Below are positions 1 to 14,400 of a stretch of 64,000 nt of DNA, piece by piece. This stretch comes from Blastocystis sp. Blastoise (lineage: Eukaryota > Protista > Bigyra: Opalinata). A model generated the notes under the pieces. It had not been told where the DNA came from. It saw nothing but the letters and a program-made list of their open reading frames with translations, and searched no databases. Each line of letters starts with the position of its first letter. Position 1 is the stretch's first letter. The position numbers and the translations under genes are program-made. The stretch is from contig JBBPEB010000007.1 of assembly GCA_039096225.1 (NCBI GenBank), positions 1,240,001 to 1,304,000 of the forward strand, written 5' to 3'.

Positions 1-165
1 AATAACATTGTCATAAACATTTATTTTGATTTCAGAAGAATCCAAAACAGATGCATGAAGTAATTCTTGACTCAAAGTACTTAGCTTCTTAATTTTTTCT
101 GGTAATACATAATTGATAATATGCTCTGCTGATTCTCCTTGTGTTTTTGTGATATTTTGACAATA
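1..165 (-). CDS. Partial exon of a host gene running off the window start
   Basis: Minus-strand frame is open across ~1-163 (CQNITKTQGESAEHIINYVLPEKIKKLSTLSQELLHASVLDSSEIKINVYDNVI). No family recognised. Confidence 0.35.
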
Positions 166-1503
166 CTATACATGGATAATGATAATATTTATAGATAAAA
201 CACATTTAATAATTCTGGATCGACCTTATTCATTTTTTAAAGAAAAAAATATATAAATAAAGACAGGTCACAAAAATATATACTAGAAAATATTCTTTTT
301 TGAATTTGAAATAATAGATAATGGAGATTCTTACACATATTTATATTTTATAATTTGAATAAATTCTGTTTTGAAATCATATACTTATAGAGTTGTTCCT
401 TATATATCTTATTTTAATTTTTGGTTCTAGGTCATTTAAAAATTGTATATTCCAAAAAACAAATAACGCAAATATGAAATACATATGTGCACATATTCAT
501 CTGATGAAATGCCAATCGATATAAATTATGAGTTTTAAATTGAAATTTGTTACTCTTTTTCTTCCATGTAACATTATTTACTCATAATTAAATTCTAAAT
601 GTTTTCTACATTATTTCGATGATATTGTTATAATAATAAAGTTTTAAAATTTTTACTTTTCTTCTACATTCGAATCTTAACAAGAACGTATATGTATGTT
701 GTTGTATATATTTAATGATACTGATTATTTATATTATTTTAATAATGCATAACTGTTTGAACGAAGAATATATATAGATTATTTCACTAATCTTCTAGTT
801 ATTCTCGTCAAACAAGTTCTCCTTCATTAAATTTTTGCTTTATATAGGTAAAAACCATATCTAGTTCTTATACGGATCTTTATGTTGCTGACTATATGCT
901 AATTAGATTTAAATATCAACGAATGTGATTTGAAGAGAAACACAACTATTTATATTCTATAATTATATATATACTATCTCAATCTCTTTATCAAATGCAT
1001 ATATATCTGTTTTCATATCGAATAAATCAATAATGTTTAAATAAAAATAATTACTAAGCATAATAGAAGAATAACTATAGTCTATTACGGAAGAGAAATA
1101 CTCTTTCTAAAACCGAATATCGATTATATACAATTGTGATTGATTATACAAATAGTAGATAACAAAAAAAATATTACCATATGAACTCTTTAAAACGAAA
1201 TTCCATGAAAAACTATTGATTGTGATTTGTAGTGTTATGAAACAATTAAATAAATGCTTTATTATCACATAATCTACAATTAGTATACATCAACCTCTAT
1301 GATTAAGATCATCGAATTCTTCATATTATTGGAATATCGATTCATTTATTTTTCTTCTTTTTGGAGCTATTCCTCACTTTGGTTCCACCAATGATTTATT
1401 GTTTTCTTTTCATTTACCAATGATCTATATGAAAAAGAATAACTGGCACTATTCTTTCCCATGGAAATTCCACTGTTGACCGCAGAATTATTGAAAGAAC
1501 CGT

Positions 1504-1528
1504 GTTCTCGAATATTCTAGGCTATTCT
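1504..1528 (+). promoter_or_regulatory. Heat-shock element upstream of the small HSP gene
   Basis: gTTCtcGAAtaTTCta(ggc)taTTC: alternating nTTCn/nGAAn pentamers ~150 bp upstream of the HSP20 ATG. Confidence 0.7.
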
Positions 1529-1672
1529 CTTTTTCTTTTCTTTTCTATTTTCTTCTTTGATGTTTATCATGGTTAACGACTCTATTTGAAAATATGTTTT
1601 AATACTTCTTCATAAATTATTTAATTTAAAAAAAGTTTATTAAAAGTTATTTTATAAAGTTATTGATTAACA

Positions 1673-2320
1673 ATGAGTTTCTTATTTGGTGATTATGATC
1701 CTTTCTTTGATGCTTACAGAGCTGCTCCTCGTCGTGATTTCTTCAGACCTTCTTTCTTCTTAAATAGTATTATTCCTGATGAAGAACAAGAAGAACCTGA
1801 AGCTGAAACTAAACAAACAAATACTTGTGATAATAAAAATTGTCCTTGTCCTGCTGGTACTTGTACTTGTCCTAAAGGTGAATGTAAATGTACAAAAGAA
1901 CAATGTAATTGTCCTAAGAAGAATAATAAGAAGAATATGAATACTCTTACTAGACAAAGAAGTAATCAGTTGATTCATCCTACTTCTGGATTTGGTCGTT
2001 TAGATGTAAAAGAGAATAAGAATAATTTCGTTGTTTCTGTTGATCTTCCTGGTATGAATAAAGAAGATATTCATATCGCTACTGATGATGATAATCTTAC
2101 TATTGAATGTGAACGTAAAGATGAAATCCATGAAGGTGATGACACTACGAATTATCGTTATGTTGAACGTTCTTTCGGTTCATTCCAAAGAACTATTGCT
2201 CTTCCTGACCATGTTGATCAAGATAATATCTCTGCTCAATATGAAAATGGTGTCTTACATTTAACTCTTCCTAAAGAACAAGCAAATACTAAGGAAACAA
2301 AGAAGATTACTATTAATTAA
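1673..2320 (+). CDS. Small heat-shock protein (HSP20/alpha-crystallin domain) with a Cys-rich insert
   Basis: C-terminal alpha-crystallin motifs LDVKE..VVSVDLPGMNKEDI..ERSFGSFQRTIALP..ISAQYENGVLHLTLPK and an IxI tail; intronless; HSE upstream. Confidence 0.93.
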   Translation: MSFLFGDYDPFFDAYRAAPRRDFFRPSFFLNSIIPDEEQEEPEAETKQTNTCDNKNCPCPAGTCTCPKGECKCTKEQCNCPKKNNKKNMNTLTRQRSNQLIHPTSGFGRLDVKENKNNFVVSVDLPGMNKEDIHIATDDDNLTIECERKDEIHEGDDTTNYRYVERSFGSFQRTIALPDHVDQDNISAQYENGVLHLTLPKEQANTKETKKITIN

Positions 2321-2728
2321 ATAATCTATGTGTTGTCTTTTTTTTTTCTGCTTTTGCTCTATTATTTTTAAGTCTTTTAACTTAGTTGTACATTCTATAT
2401 ATATATTGTTTGGTTGAAAATAAATAATTTAAAAAATATTTTCACAACAGGAATAAAATAATATGTAAAATTCTTTTTTTTATATTACATGAACATGAAG
2501 TATACTTATGTTTAGGTAGTTACAGAGAAGAAAAAATAGCAAACAAAAACAGTATATATGAATAGTAAATCTTCAGAATATATGCAAGAAAACAAAGGAG
2601 ATTTGATTGACAATTAAAAGGAATAAAAAAAAAGAACTAGAGAAACAGGGTATAGAAAAGAATGTTAATATACATAGATATACATAAGAAGGAGTTGAGA
2701 ATAATATTTATTTTGCTAATTACACAGT

Positions 2729-3610
2729 TTATAGTTTATTATCCTTACGTAATGCATTCTCAAGTCCACGTGCTTTTTGGTACATTGGATTGGCTTGTTC
2801 TTCCCACTTATGACCGCGCGAATTCGAAACGGCATTTGTATATTCTTGATTTAATATATGATTTCCAAGATGATGAATGCATGCCATCATTTTCTCTTGT
2901 TCTCTCATATAACTACCTTTTTGAGCAAGTAATAATCTATTCCTGCGGTTAGCTGTTTCTAATTCTTCCATCGCTCGCTTATTCTTTGATTCGCTCTGCT
3001 GAATACGAGAATCAGCTGTGCTGGAACTAGACTGAATCTGACTTATTTTAGTTTCATATTGTTTTATTTGTTGTTGATGAATATCCTCATTCTGTTGAAT
3101 AGTAGTTTTCAACGTAACTATTTCTTGTTGCGCTTCTTGAAGTGATGTCAATAATCCATCTTTTCCTTTCATCTCCTATATATATATATATATATAGATT
3201 ATATATATATAGTATAGATTATATATATACTTGTTTAAGAGCTATAATAGTTCGTTGCTGATCGGAATTTGCCTTCTTTAAATTGATATTCTATATATAT
3301 ATATATATATATATATAATAATAATAAAGTGAAAATCCACAAATTAATCAATATAAATAATGAAACAAAAAAGATGAAAAGATAATCTATATTATTATTA
3401 TATATATATACTTCTAAGTTGAGTTGCGTCATCTTTTGAATTTGTTGTTTATTTAAATCGTTATATCGCTCTGTCTCTGAAGCTAAAGCTTGTTGTTGTG
3501 CGGATCCCCCTTGTTGTAATTGTGTTTTGAGGGTATTAACTTCTATTTGTAATGTCTTTATTTGATCCTAATATATATATATATTAATATAATGTGTATA
3601 TAAGAACAAC

Positions 3611-3688
<78 letters not shown>

Positions 3689-3955
3689 TTGATATTCCTT
3701 TTCCTTAATATTGAAAGTATCATAAGTATCAAATGAATCCGTTGTATTGGTAGACATTCGAATACTATTCCGATCGACGCTAGGGTTCGTCATACACTGA
3801 ATCTCCATATCTTTATTTAATCGTTTTAATTCATCATTTTCATTCATCAATTCCTGCAGTCTTGCACTCATGGTTTGTATCTCTACTTGTTGCTATATAT
3901 ATATATATACATATATATATACATATATATATATATAAGATATAAATATTGATTA

Positions 3956-3994
<39 letters not shown>

Positions 3995-5785
3995 AGATAT
4001 AAAATATATACATTCGTGTTTTCCATTTGAATTTTAACATTTTGATCATTGAGTTGTTTGTATTTCTCGGTAAGGGAAGAAACATCTTCTGACTTTGTCT
4101 GTAGGGCAATAAGCTCTTGTTTAATAGAATCTCTATCTTCTTCAAGTTGTTTGTTAACTTGCTTGTATTGTTTATATTCTTCTAATCGTTTTTCTAAATC
4201 ATTTATTCTCTTTTCACTCTTTTTGGCTTGTTCTACTTTGAGTTTGAGTTCTTGTATATGTGACTGAGAGAGAGAGAGTGATTTCTCTTTTTCTTGAAGA
4301 TCAATCTAGTAGTAATATATATACATATATTATTATTATAAATAATGAAATAATAACATTATATAGAATCAACATAATCATAAGAATTAATATATATATA
4401 TATACTTGAACTTTTTGAAGAGCTATCTCGTGTTCCTTCTTCTCTTTATCTACTTCTTCCTGAAGGTCTTTTATATACCCCTCATTACGATGAAGCTTCT
4501 GCTCCTATATTCGCGGGAATCAGAATAAAGATAATATGGATAATAATAAGTATAGTAATAAATATAGTAATATATATAATAATAAGTATAAAACAAAATT
4601 CTATATACATATTGTTCAACGAGACTCGTAGTATCACCTGCTGCTAGTACATCTTTTCTAAGTTGAGCAATAATATTTTGATTTTCTTGATTCTGACTCT
4701 TTTCATATTCTAATTCACTCTATAGAATAAATATAATATAATCTAATAATATATATAATATAATAATATAATAATATAATAATATAATAATATATATAAT
4801 ATAATAATATATATAATATAATAATATATATAAAATAATAATATATATAAAATAATAATATATATAAAATAATAATATATATAATATGCCTTTAAATTAC
4901 TATTTTCTACTTTCAGTTGTTCATTTGCATTTGTTAACGTAGTGATTTCTTCCTGATAATTATTCATCATAGTATTATTAGAATTGGTATTCACTTCTAT
5001 ATATAGAATACACATAAATATAATAATATAATAATAAATATAATATAACAACATAATAAATAAATAATAGTAATATAAATAATATAACAACATAATAAAT
5101 AAATAATAAAAAATAAAATAAGCCATAAATATATTTACTCATTGACATATCATGTATAGATTCAGATGTATCTAGAATACTTTGAAAACGATTATAATAA
5201 TCTTGACCAATAAGTCCTAATATATTCTATATATATATATTTATATAGATTGTCAAAAAAAATAAAAAAAAATTAAAAATAAAAAAAAATTTAAAAATAA
5301 AAATACTTGAGCATTTTTATCCATCTCTGAGATCTTAGTAAGCATTTGATCGCTATTTCTAGAACGAAGAGAAACAGCTAATACCCAACTAACTATATCA
5401 ATACAAGCTTCCTCATCTTTATCTATAATTTTATCCACATCAACGACAATATTAGTTTCACATTTAATGATATTATCACAATAACTCTGCATATCGTCAA
5501 CAAGTGTATTGAGATTATCCTTTTGAGATTGAGTATCACCAGACATAGATGGATCAATATGAAAATAAGTATAATCACTAAAAACATTAAAAAAAGGAAA
5601 GAAAAGGAAAAAATACATTTCGTTGATTACCATACATAGTAAAGTACCATCAGATACATCTGTAATGGTATTGATATAATCCTTTACATTAACAAATGTT
5701 TTCAACTAAAAGAATATAAAAAATAATGTCATTCACATACCCATAAAACAAGACAATCGCTCTTTGTAAGCGAATCACTATCCAT
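2729..5785 (-). CDS. Multi-exon HOOK-family-like protein (N-terminal Hook/CH domain plus long coiled coil)
   Basis: ATG at 5785 gives MDSDSLTKSDCLVLW, then GT..AG intron, then LKTFVNVKDYINTITDVSDGTLLCMVINE, resembling the Hook-domain W..TF..DLSDG motif. Downstream exons (e.g. 3584-3871, 2729-3172) are E/Q/K coiled coil separated by (TA)n-rich introns. Exon boundaries approximate. Confidence 0.6.
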
Positions 5786-6603
5786 TTCTATCTATAGGAC
5801 ATGTACATACATAAATTACAAGAATATACTTTATATTTCTATAAAAAAGCAAACAAATTATTTAAATTAGAAATAATACAGAGAAAAGGAGAAAAACCAT
5901 GATTATATTATACTATTGTTTCTTTTCGTAGTTTATTGAATTAAACTGTGTAATTCACAGTATTTAACTCATTTATGTAGCTCATCTTAGTATTCAAGAA
6001 TGTCAACGAAAATAAGTGTTGATCTGACTGTAGATATTATTGAAAAAGTGTTCTATTAATATAAAAACTTGTTTCTGGATGTCACAAGAACTAATTAAAC
6101 TGAATTAGCATAATAAAACGACATATAAGAACTAAATTGAATTGAATCAATACATAAGATTATTAAGATATTTTATTCAAAACTGAACTATATGAATAAT
6201 GAATAATATATTAATGAACACGCAATCTATTCAATGTTAATAGCAAAGAAGATAATTAAAGATATATCTTAAAGATAAAATCCCAAAACAAATGAAACGA
6301 ATCGGTGATATTTTAAAATAATCTTGGAAATCGAAGTTGACCCGACTTTTTTTATAGATGTTGTCAAGTGATTGATTGAAAAAGTCATATACTCTATGGA
6401 TCTTTCTATGGATTTCTTGGTTTTTTCGATCACTTAACAAACAAATGAAAGAATCGAATAAGGACTGGTTTTTATTTTTAGTAGCCAATGAAACATGTTT
6501 AATAGAAATGCATGTAAAAATAAAAACCTTGTTATAGATTTCTTACAATTTGTTAAATTATCTGTCTTTATATTAGATTCTTTTGTATAATTGATCGATA
6601 AAA

Positions 6604-8128
6604 ATGAGATATTCTTATCTTATATGCCTTGTTTTATTCGTGTCTTCTGTATATATACTCTAATATACGTATAATTAGTTTCTTTCTTTAGGCATTTGCT
6701 GAATACTATCGTTGTATGCTATTAAAAGTAGTGTTAAAAGATTAAACAAAATATATAGGTTCTTACACAGCCACTGGTAGCGATTCTTTCCCTTTAAGTG
6801 CTAATTACAACTTAAGTCCTCTTCGTAGTACTTCTGAGTATCTTGTTTTTGTCTTTATATTGAATCATATTTTTATTTATTTAGATGGAAAGTTCTTGAT
6901 AGTCAATATTCTTCTGAAGTTAACAGAAATTTCACGTAAATATATTATATTTTTATTATTATTATAAACAAACTAATTGAAAATTCTTCAATAGTTATGT
7001 TTTCAACATTTGTGGTACTGTAAAGAATGTTCCTAAAGATGGTAGTGTTAATGGAACTACTTGCGATAAATATAAGGGTATTTAATTAAATTATATTTAT
7101 AGAATAAATCATATTTATAAATATATATTTTTTATATAATAGTCTTTATAAATATATATATTTTTTTTATATAATAATAATTATTTTCTTGTGGATGAAC
7201 AAGGTTTAACCAAGCTCTATGCTGCTTATCAAGTTGCTAATAATCACGCTCTTTGCCTTAGTCTTCATGACGGTGAAGCTGGACATTGGGGTCTTTTAGG
7301 TATCTATTCTATTATTCAGAACATATATTATTGTTACTCTAGTTATTTATATTTCTATGTAGAACTCTATTATATTAATATGAATAAAATAATATATATT
7401 ATAATTATATTATATTTTAGATACTACTGATCCTTCTGTTGGTATTACTTATTCTTATACTGGTGGTGATGATTATGGTTGTGGTGGTGTTAAGAGAGCA
7501 TTCGAACTCGATTTATATTGTCATGATTCTTCTTACAATCTTCCCGATAAAAACCCTATTGTTGAAACTCATGGTTGTTATTATGTTTTAACTACTAACT
7601 CTGTTTATGGTTGTCCTTCTGGTAGGTTTATTTATATTATTATTATTATTATTATTTTATTTTTTATTATTATTTATTATTATTTATTATATTTGATATC
7701 ATTGATTCTATTATCTATGTAACAGTATAAATCGATATATATAAATATATATATAGAATGTGGTATTGGTGATCGTAAGCTTTGTGGTGGTAACGGTGTT
7801 TGTAAATTTGATAAAGATACTAGATCTCCTCATTGTTATTGTTATTCCGGTTATTGGGGTTCTTCTTGTATGAATGAAGGAGAAGAACAAGCTGAAGGAT
7901 TCACTGAAACCACTTGGGCTCTTGTTGTTGTCTTCTGCTTCTTAGTTCTTACTGAATTAGGCGTGTATGTACTTTCATAATCTATTATATTATTATTCAT
8001 ATCTTATTTATATATATATATAATAACTATTTTATTTCTATAGTTTATGTATGTGGAAGAGAGTTAGTGGTCTTCGTTTAGATCCTGCTGCTTACAAGAA
8101 TATGATGATCGATGATGTTGCCGTTTAA
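6604..8128 (+). CDS. Multi-exon type I membrane protein with mannose-6-phosphate-receptor-homology (MRH)-like and EGF-like domains
   Basis: Signal-like MRYSYLICLVLFVSS; exons encode FNICG.., YTGGDDYGCGGVKRAFELDLYC..GCYYVLTTNSVYGCP (MRH-like), CGGNGVCKFD..CYCYSGYWGSSC (EGF), a TM segment WALVVVFCFLVL and a short tail ending at TAA 8126-8128. Confidence 0.7.
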
Positions 8129-8852
8129 ACATTGTTATATACATTATATATATATATCTATTTGTTGTATCTGCTACACACTTTTTTTAATCACTTTTCT
8201 GTAATACATATTCTTAATTTTTATATACTATAACATACTTTATAACATATTCTATGTCTTTTTGTTTATCTTAATAAATCATGAACACTTGTATTACACA
8301 GACAGTTAGTTTTTTTTTTAATTTTAATTTTATTTTTTGTAAATAAAACTTTAGTGTTTTTTTTTTGTAATCATAGAGCATTTGCTCACTTAAAAACACA
8401 TATATAAATATTTGGATTTCAATGGCAAAAGAATCTTGTTTCTATATCCCAAAACAATTCATTTTTGATTCCACGAAATAACGAATTTTTTTACTGGAAT
8501 TGCCGAATTCGAAAAGAATGAAGGAAGTTGTTTGTTTTCTTTCCAGAAAAAGAAACCGTGGTAATTGAGTATTCTTCACTGAAAGAAATAAGAGAATCAA
8601 GGGAATTTTTCTTGCTGGAAACAGAAAAGTATATGACAACATTTCAACTTGTTTTTATATTGGTGAAATGGAACTGTCAATTATAGAATAAGAAATGGGT
8701 TTTTCTTTATTCACTTTTTCATTATTTCCAGAATTAGTTTTGTGTATATGACTCAATTATTTTATTTTATAATTCTTCTATATAGATTTAGGAATATATC
8801 CATATTCAAAATATTAAAAGAAAATTAATCGTAATACTGTTGTCAGAATAAA

Positions 8853-10899
8853 ATGTTTACAAGATTAAGAATTCCTGGACAGAAGATCTTGAAGGTCGTC
8901 CCTCAATTTGAGAATGCGACTGCACAGAGTTTTATGCCTAAATATCAGCCATTTAATCCATATTACCGCTATCCTTATAATCCCCAACCCAATTTCTTCT
9001 CAACTATGCCTCAGTATATTATTAAGATTCTCTTGGAATTATTATTTTTATTATATATAACATTTTTCTTGTTCATTCTCTATTCATTATTCTCTTATAT
9101 ATCTTTAAACTAATTTATATGACTATAGTCCAAATGCGGATCGTAATCTAGAGTTCTTCGCTATCAAACGACAGAAAGATGAATTATTAAAGCACTTGAA
9201 TCCTAAGAAATTGAGTTCTGATGAGATTCACGAAAAGATCGTTCAATTGATGCGTTTACCTTTAGATCTTGATATTCGTGAATATACAAAGGCCCTTTCT
9301 TGTTGTTATTCATTAGAATTATCAGATTATGTAATGGGTGAAGTTCGTAAACATGGAATTGAGCCTGATTTGTTAATGTATAACATATATTTACGTAAAT
9401 GTGATGAATTCCATAAGAAGGATGAAGCGTTCCGTACTTTAAATGATATGCTGTCGAATAATATAAATCCAGATCGTTATACATTGAATTATTTAGTAAA
9501 GGCGTGCTTAGGAAGTGACTCTCCAAAAGAAGCAGAAGATATTATGCAGCGATTAATCAGTGATGGAATCGATGTTGATGCTTATATATTTAATTTATTA
9601 ATAGATTATTATGGTCGTAAAGAATTACCTAGTGAAGCTTTTCGTATACGTATAAATATGCAGAGATATAATATTACTCCTGATGAATATACTATTTCGG
9701 GTCTTATGGCTTCTTGTTTTCCTAATGTTCCTTGTAAATCACAAATTAAAATCTTATTAGAAGATGTAAAGAATTATCCTTTACCTGCTCGTCAAGTCTG
9801 TACAAACTCCTTATTTGCTGGGTTATCGAAAGCGAATCATCTTGAACCTCATTTGAAATTTAGTCTAATGCTAGATTTTTTTAATACTTTAAGAGAACGA
9901 GGATATACGTTAGGTCAACATGCATATACTTCCTTAATCTCTACTTGTGCTAAGTTAGGAGATATAGAAAATGCTCAAATGTTATTAGAAGATATGAGAC
10001 ATTGTAATATTCCTATTAATTATTATGTAGCTACAGCTTATATATCTACATGTTCAAAAGCAAAGAATTATCCCTTAGCTCTTGAAATGTTTAATTTTAT
10101 GAAAACATGTGTAATTGATCCAAATCAGCCTTATCCTATTCGTCCTAATAAATTGACGTATGAAGCAATGATTATGGCCGCAGGAACAAGTCAACGATTA
10201 GACGATGCATTCAAATTCTTTGATGAAATGGTACAGTTATCGATGTATCCTGATGCATCTACTTATAGTCGATTATTAATAGCTACTGGATTCTGTAATA
10301 ATAAACAACGTGCATTAGAAGTTATTAAAGAAGCTGAAGAGAAACGAATTGAGAAGACTACATTCTTCTATCATGCTATGATTGATATGTATTGTCGTGT
10401 AAATGAACCTGAGAATGCATATAAAGTATTAATGGATGTATGTAAAGATAAGAAGATAGTTCCTGGACATCATCATTATGAACCCTTAATTCGTTATTAT
10501 TGTAATCAAGATAATTGGGAGAAAGTGGATGAATTACTGAAAATGTGGAAGAATGTGTCTTATGTTACGTTCCAAGAACTTATATTAATATCGAATAAGA
10601 AGAAGAACTACGAATGCATTATGAAATATGAAAAGATGATGCGTGAACATAACCTTAAACCGTATAGTGCTTTATTACCTATAATTGAAGATGCTTATGC
10701 TCATTCTACTGTTGCTAGTCCTGTATCCAACAATCTCTCTTCTTCTATAACGAATAATAATAGTGATACAAGTTCTATAGGTTCAAAGAGTGACAAAGAT
10801 AGTAAAGGATATAATAGTGATGAAGATATAGAAATATTAAAAGGAGTCGATCTCTCATTTATGTCGGATGACGAAGGGTATACAGCACTCAAACATTAA
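8853..10899 (+). CDS. Pentatricopeptide-repeat (PPR) protein, probably organelle-targeted; one intron 9014-9128
   Basis: Repeated ~35-aa units (PDLLMYNIYL, PDRYTLNYLV, DAYIFNLLIDYY, PDEYTISGLM, PNKLTYEAMI, PDASTYSRLL). GT(9014)..AG(9128) joins the 8853 ORF in frame. Basic N-terminus MFTRLRIPGQKILK. Confidence 0.9.
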
Positions 10900-11440
10900 T
10901 TTATAAAATAGGTTGGTTCTCTGTATTGATATTCTGATTTCATATATATATATTCTTTTTTTATATTTTAAAATCTCTAGTTCTCTCTATTATTTCGTTA
11001 TAAGTTTATTTATATGTTGTGAAGAAAAGTTCGATTGTTTTTAAATTTCTTTCTTTTATATTCTACTATTTGTTATTCGTTCTCTTTTTCTCTTTTTCTT
11101 TCATCCTTTTTTGTTTTTATTTGATATGTAATACAATTTAAATGTATTACTACTGTGTTATTTTTGATGTCGTTACTCCTAATTGTTTTCAATATTTATT
11201 TGTTTTGTTTAATTATTATTTTATTAATTATTATTAGTTTGGTTTTGGCTTTACTAAAAATAAAATCGTAATTTTAAAATCACTATGGACATTCTTTTGT
11301 GGTGTAATAATAAACGATATAGCAAAACAAACAAATTAAATATTATCAAATAATCATTAAAAACAAATAATAGAAAACAATAATAATAAATATATAAAAA
11401 GAGATAATAAAACATATAATAAGCAATATAATAAAATATA

Positions 11441-14400
11441 TTATATATATTAATTTAGCAGCCTAACTGAGCCGTTTCAAAAATTTCATTATATATATTA
11501 ATTTAGCAGCCTAACTGAGCCGTTTCAAAAATTTCAAATGGCTGTAACTTTGGTGCATTTTATTGTAACGGCAAGATTTTTTGTAATTAACAAGATACTT
11601 ATGACAAAAATTGATACTCAAAATTTGATTGGTCAATTTTGAAAATCCAAGGAGAAAATCGACTTTTAAGAAAAAAGAATATTCGACATAAACAGTTTTG
11701 TGGAGCCATTAAAAATTGTGTTTTGGTGCATCCAATTATATTTATCTTACTTTTTCATTCACTATACTTACTTTTGTGATTTATAATTTATATTGATAAA
11801 AGAGTCTTTTTTATTTTTATTTTATTTATTACTCATCTATATTAGTTAAACTCGATTCATAATTTTTTTTTTGTAAAAATAATAAATTTTGACGAAGTTA
11901 TTCAAATAAAAGTAAAAAACATAAAAATAAAATGAAAAGATCAACATATTTATTTTTGTGATTCGTCGTTCTCACTCATTAATAACTTTTTAATTAAAAT
12001 AAATTTATTTTTGTATTAATATGATGTTAAACTAAATTCATTTTTTTTATTTTGCCAAAACTCATACTTTTAATATTTGGATGTGTAACTTTTGTTCTTA
12101 TTTTCTTTTGAAACGGTATTTATGAGTATTATACAAGTGTGATATCTAAATCAAAACAAGAATTTCTTAATATAAATTCAAGTTCACCGTATGTTGTTAC
12201 AGATTTGTTTTTTATTTTGTTTAATAACATGATACTTGAATGTATTGACCCTTAATATAGTCATAAAAGTTGTATTTCTTAATTTTTAAATCTTTTTAAA
12301 CTCACTTTACAAATAATTCTTTTTTTTTCGTTTATTTAAAATAAGGGATTCAATATATTAAGTACATTTTATTACACTACTGATTCAATAGTATAACATA
12401 TCAAAACAACAGAAGAAATAAAAAAGGTCGAGTGTATCTCGAAATGTTAAAGTCTATTTAAACAATTTGATTTTGTATTGTTTCTGTGTCTATAGCTATT
12501 TAATACTCAAATATAAAATATTGGTATCAAATAATGATATTATTTTTTATAATGTGAAAAAACACCAAATAATGTCAACTCAATAAACTTTAAAATGTTT
12601 CAATTACTATATATAAACATTCATAAACACTATATATCACATATTGACAAAAGTTAAGCCAACATGTTAGACTGATACAGACAATGTTTGTTTTAAAAAG
12701 TTAGTTATCAGTCTTTATGAATTGAACATGCTATAATTACGCTTTAAATAAATTCATTAGTTATTAAAAGCTTTTAATTAGTGAAATAAATCGTTTAAAA
12801 AGAAGAAAACATTTTTGATACTATAGTTTATTTTGACAATTTTTCCATCAATATTAATTTTTAAAAAATAAATAAAACTTATTTATAAACTAGATAACAT
12901 ATAGTTTATAAATTTACAAAAATATTATCAAAATATAGAATAAGTTTTAAGATAAAAAATTATATATGCAAAACATAAAATAATTAATTTTTGAAAAAAG
13001 GGTATATTTTATATTTTTAATTTCTCAGTCAATATTTAATTATTTTATATAATTTTAACAAATTAATATAGAGAATAAAACATATTAACAATATAATTTT
13101 TAATATTTAAAATTAATAAAAAAATGAGTTCAATAGAGTCAATAGTATAACATGTTAAAAAACTGAAAATTGAAAAATGTTTATTTTTTAAATTTTCCGA
13201 AAGTTGATAAATCAAATTCATATTTGACAATTAATTTTTACATATATGAAAACTAGACCTTATATGTATTGCATTTCTCAAAAAAATAGTCAAAAATAAG
13301 TTTGAGGAGTGTATGAGTATATGCACATGTTGACTCATAATTTTGTAAAAAGTAGTTAAATGTGTCCTAAATCACATATTAGGACAATTCTGAAAATATT
13401 ATCACTTTATAATGACTTTAAAGGATAAAATAGTTTTGAATTGTCTGTTTGACTGTCTTAAGTCAAGAGATTCAATACAACTTTTGTAATTATGAGTATT
13501 AGGGTGTTTAATGTTTATAGTAATAAAAGAATTGTTTGAAATAAAGGTGGTTGTGATTTGACCAAAATGTTAAAATGAGTCTATTTTTTAAAAAATGGTT
13601 GTAATAAGTATGTATAGAGTGTTTTTAAATTGTTTTATATTAAAATCGACAATAAATAAATATTTTAAGTTGTTCAAAAAATTATTTTTTTAGAATTACA
13701 ATAGTTAAGTTAAGAGATTCAAGTCACTTTTTATAATAATAATAAATAGACTTATTATAGAATATAAAATATTAAAAATTAGTTTAATTAAACATGGTTG
13801 ACTGTTTGATAGGAATGTTAAAATGGGTAAAAAGATTTTAATTGTTTCTAAAACAGTATAATACGTTTTTTTGTCACTAAATACAAAACTATTATTGTTT
13901 AAAGAATGTTTTTTGTCTTTCAAAAGAACTCATTTTTTGTAATTGTGACTTTAAACAAATGAAATTCAAGTTACTTTTTATAAATTAAAATAATAAATTA
14001 AATATATATGTATATTAATATAAAATTCGTTTTAATAAAAGTGAATGTGTGTATTTCAAATGTTAAAGTCTTTTAGAGTTTTTTAAAAATAACTTATTTG
14101 TTGTATAAACTATATTTTATGTACAATAATAAAAGTTTCCAAAGTATTTAAATCTATTTAGTTATGAAATGAAATGTAATTTTTGTTTTATATTTTAGTT
14201 TTTATTTTTTATTTCTAGAATGATTTTGATAACACTATAAAAATTGAATTAAATTTGAATTAATTAATTTTAAATAATGAAAAGATAATTTCTCTATAAA
14301 TATTCTCTTTTACTTAAAACGAATAGATTCTATTAATGATAAATATTAAAATAAGACTCTAATTTTTTTGTTTATTATATAAAGTAATAAATATCTTTTA

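Noticed and set aside
13705-13923. 72-aa ORF present three times (also 41329-41547, 48998-49216)
   Set aside because: TTG start, low-complexity AT-driven composition, inside a non-coding repeat; no Rep or helicase motifs.
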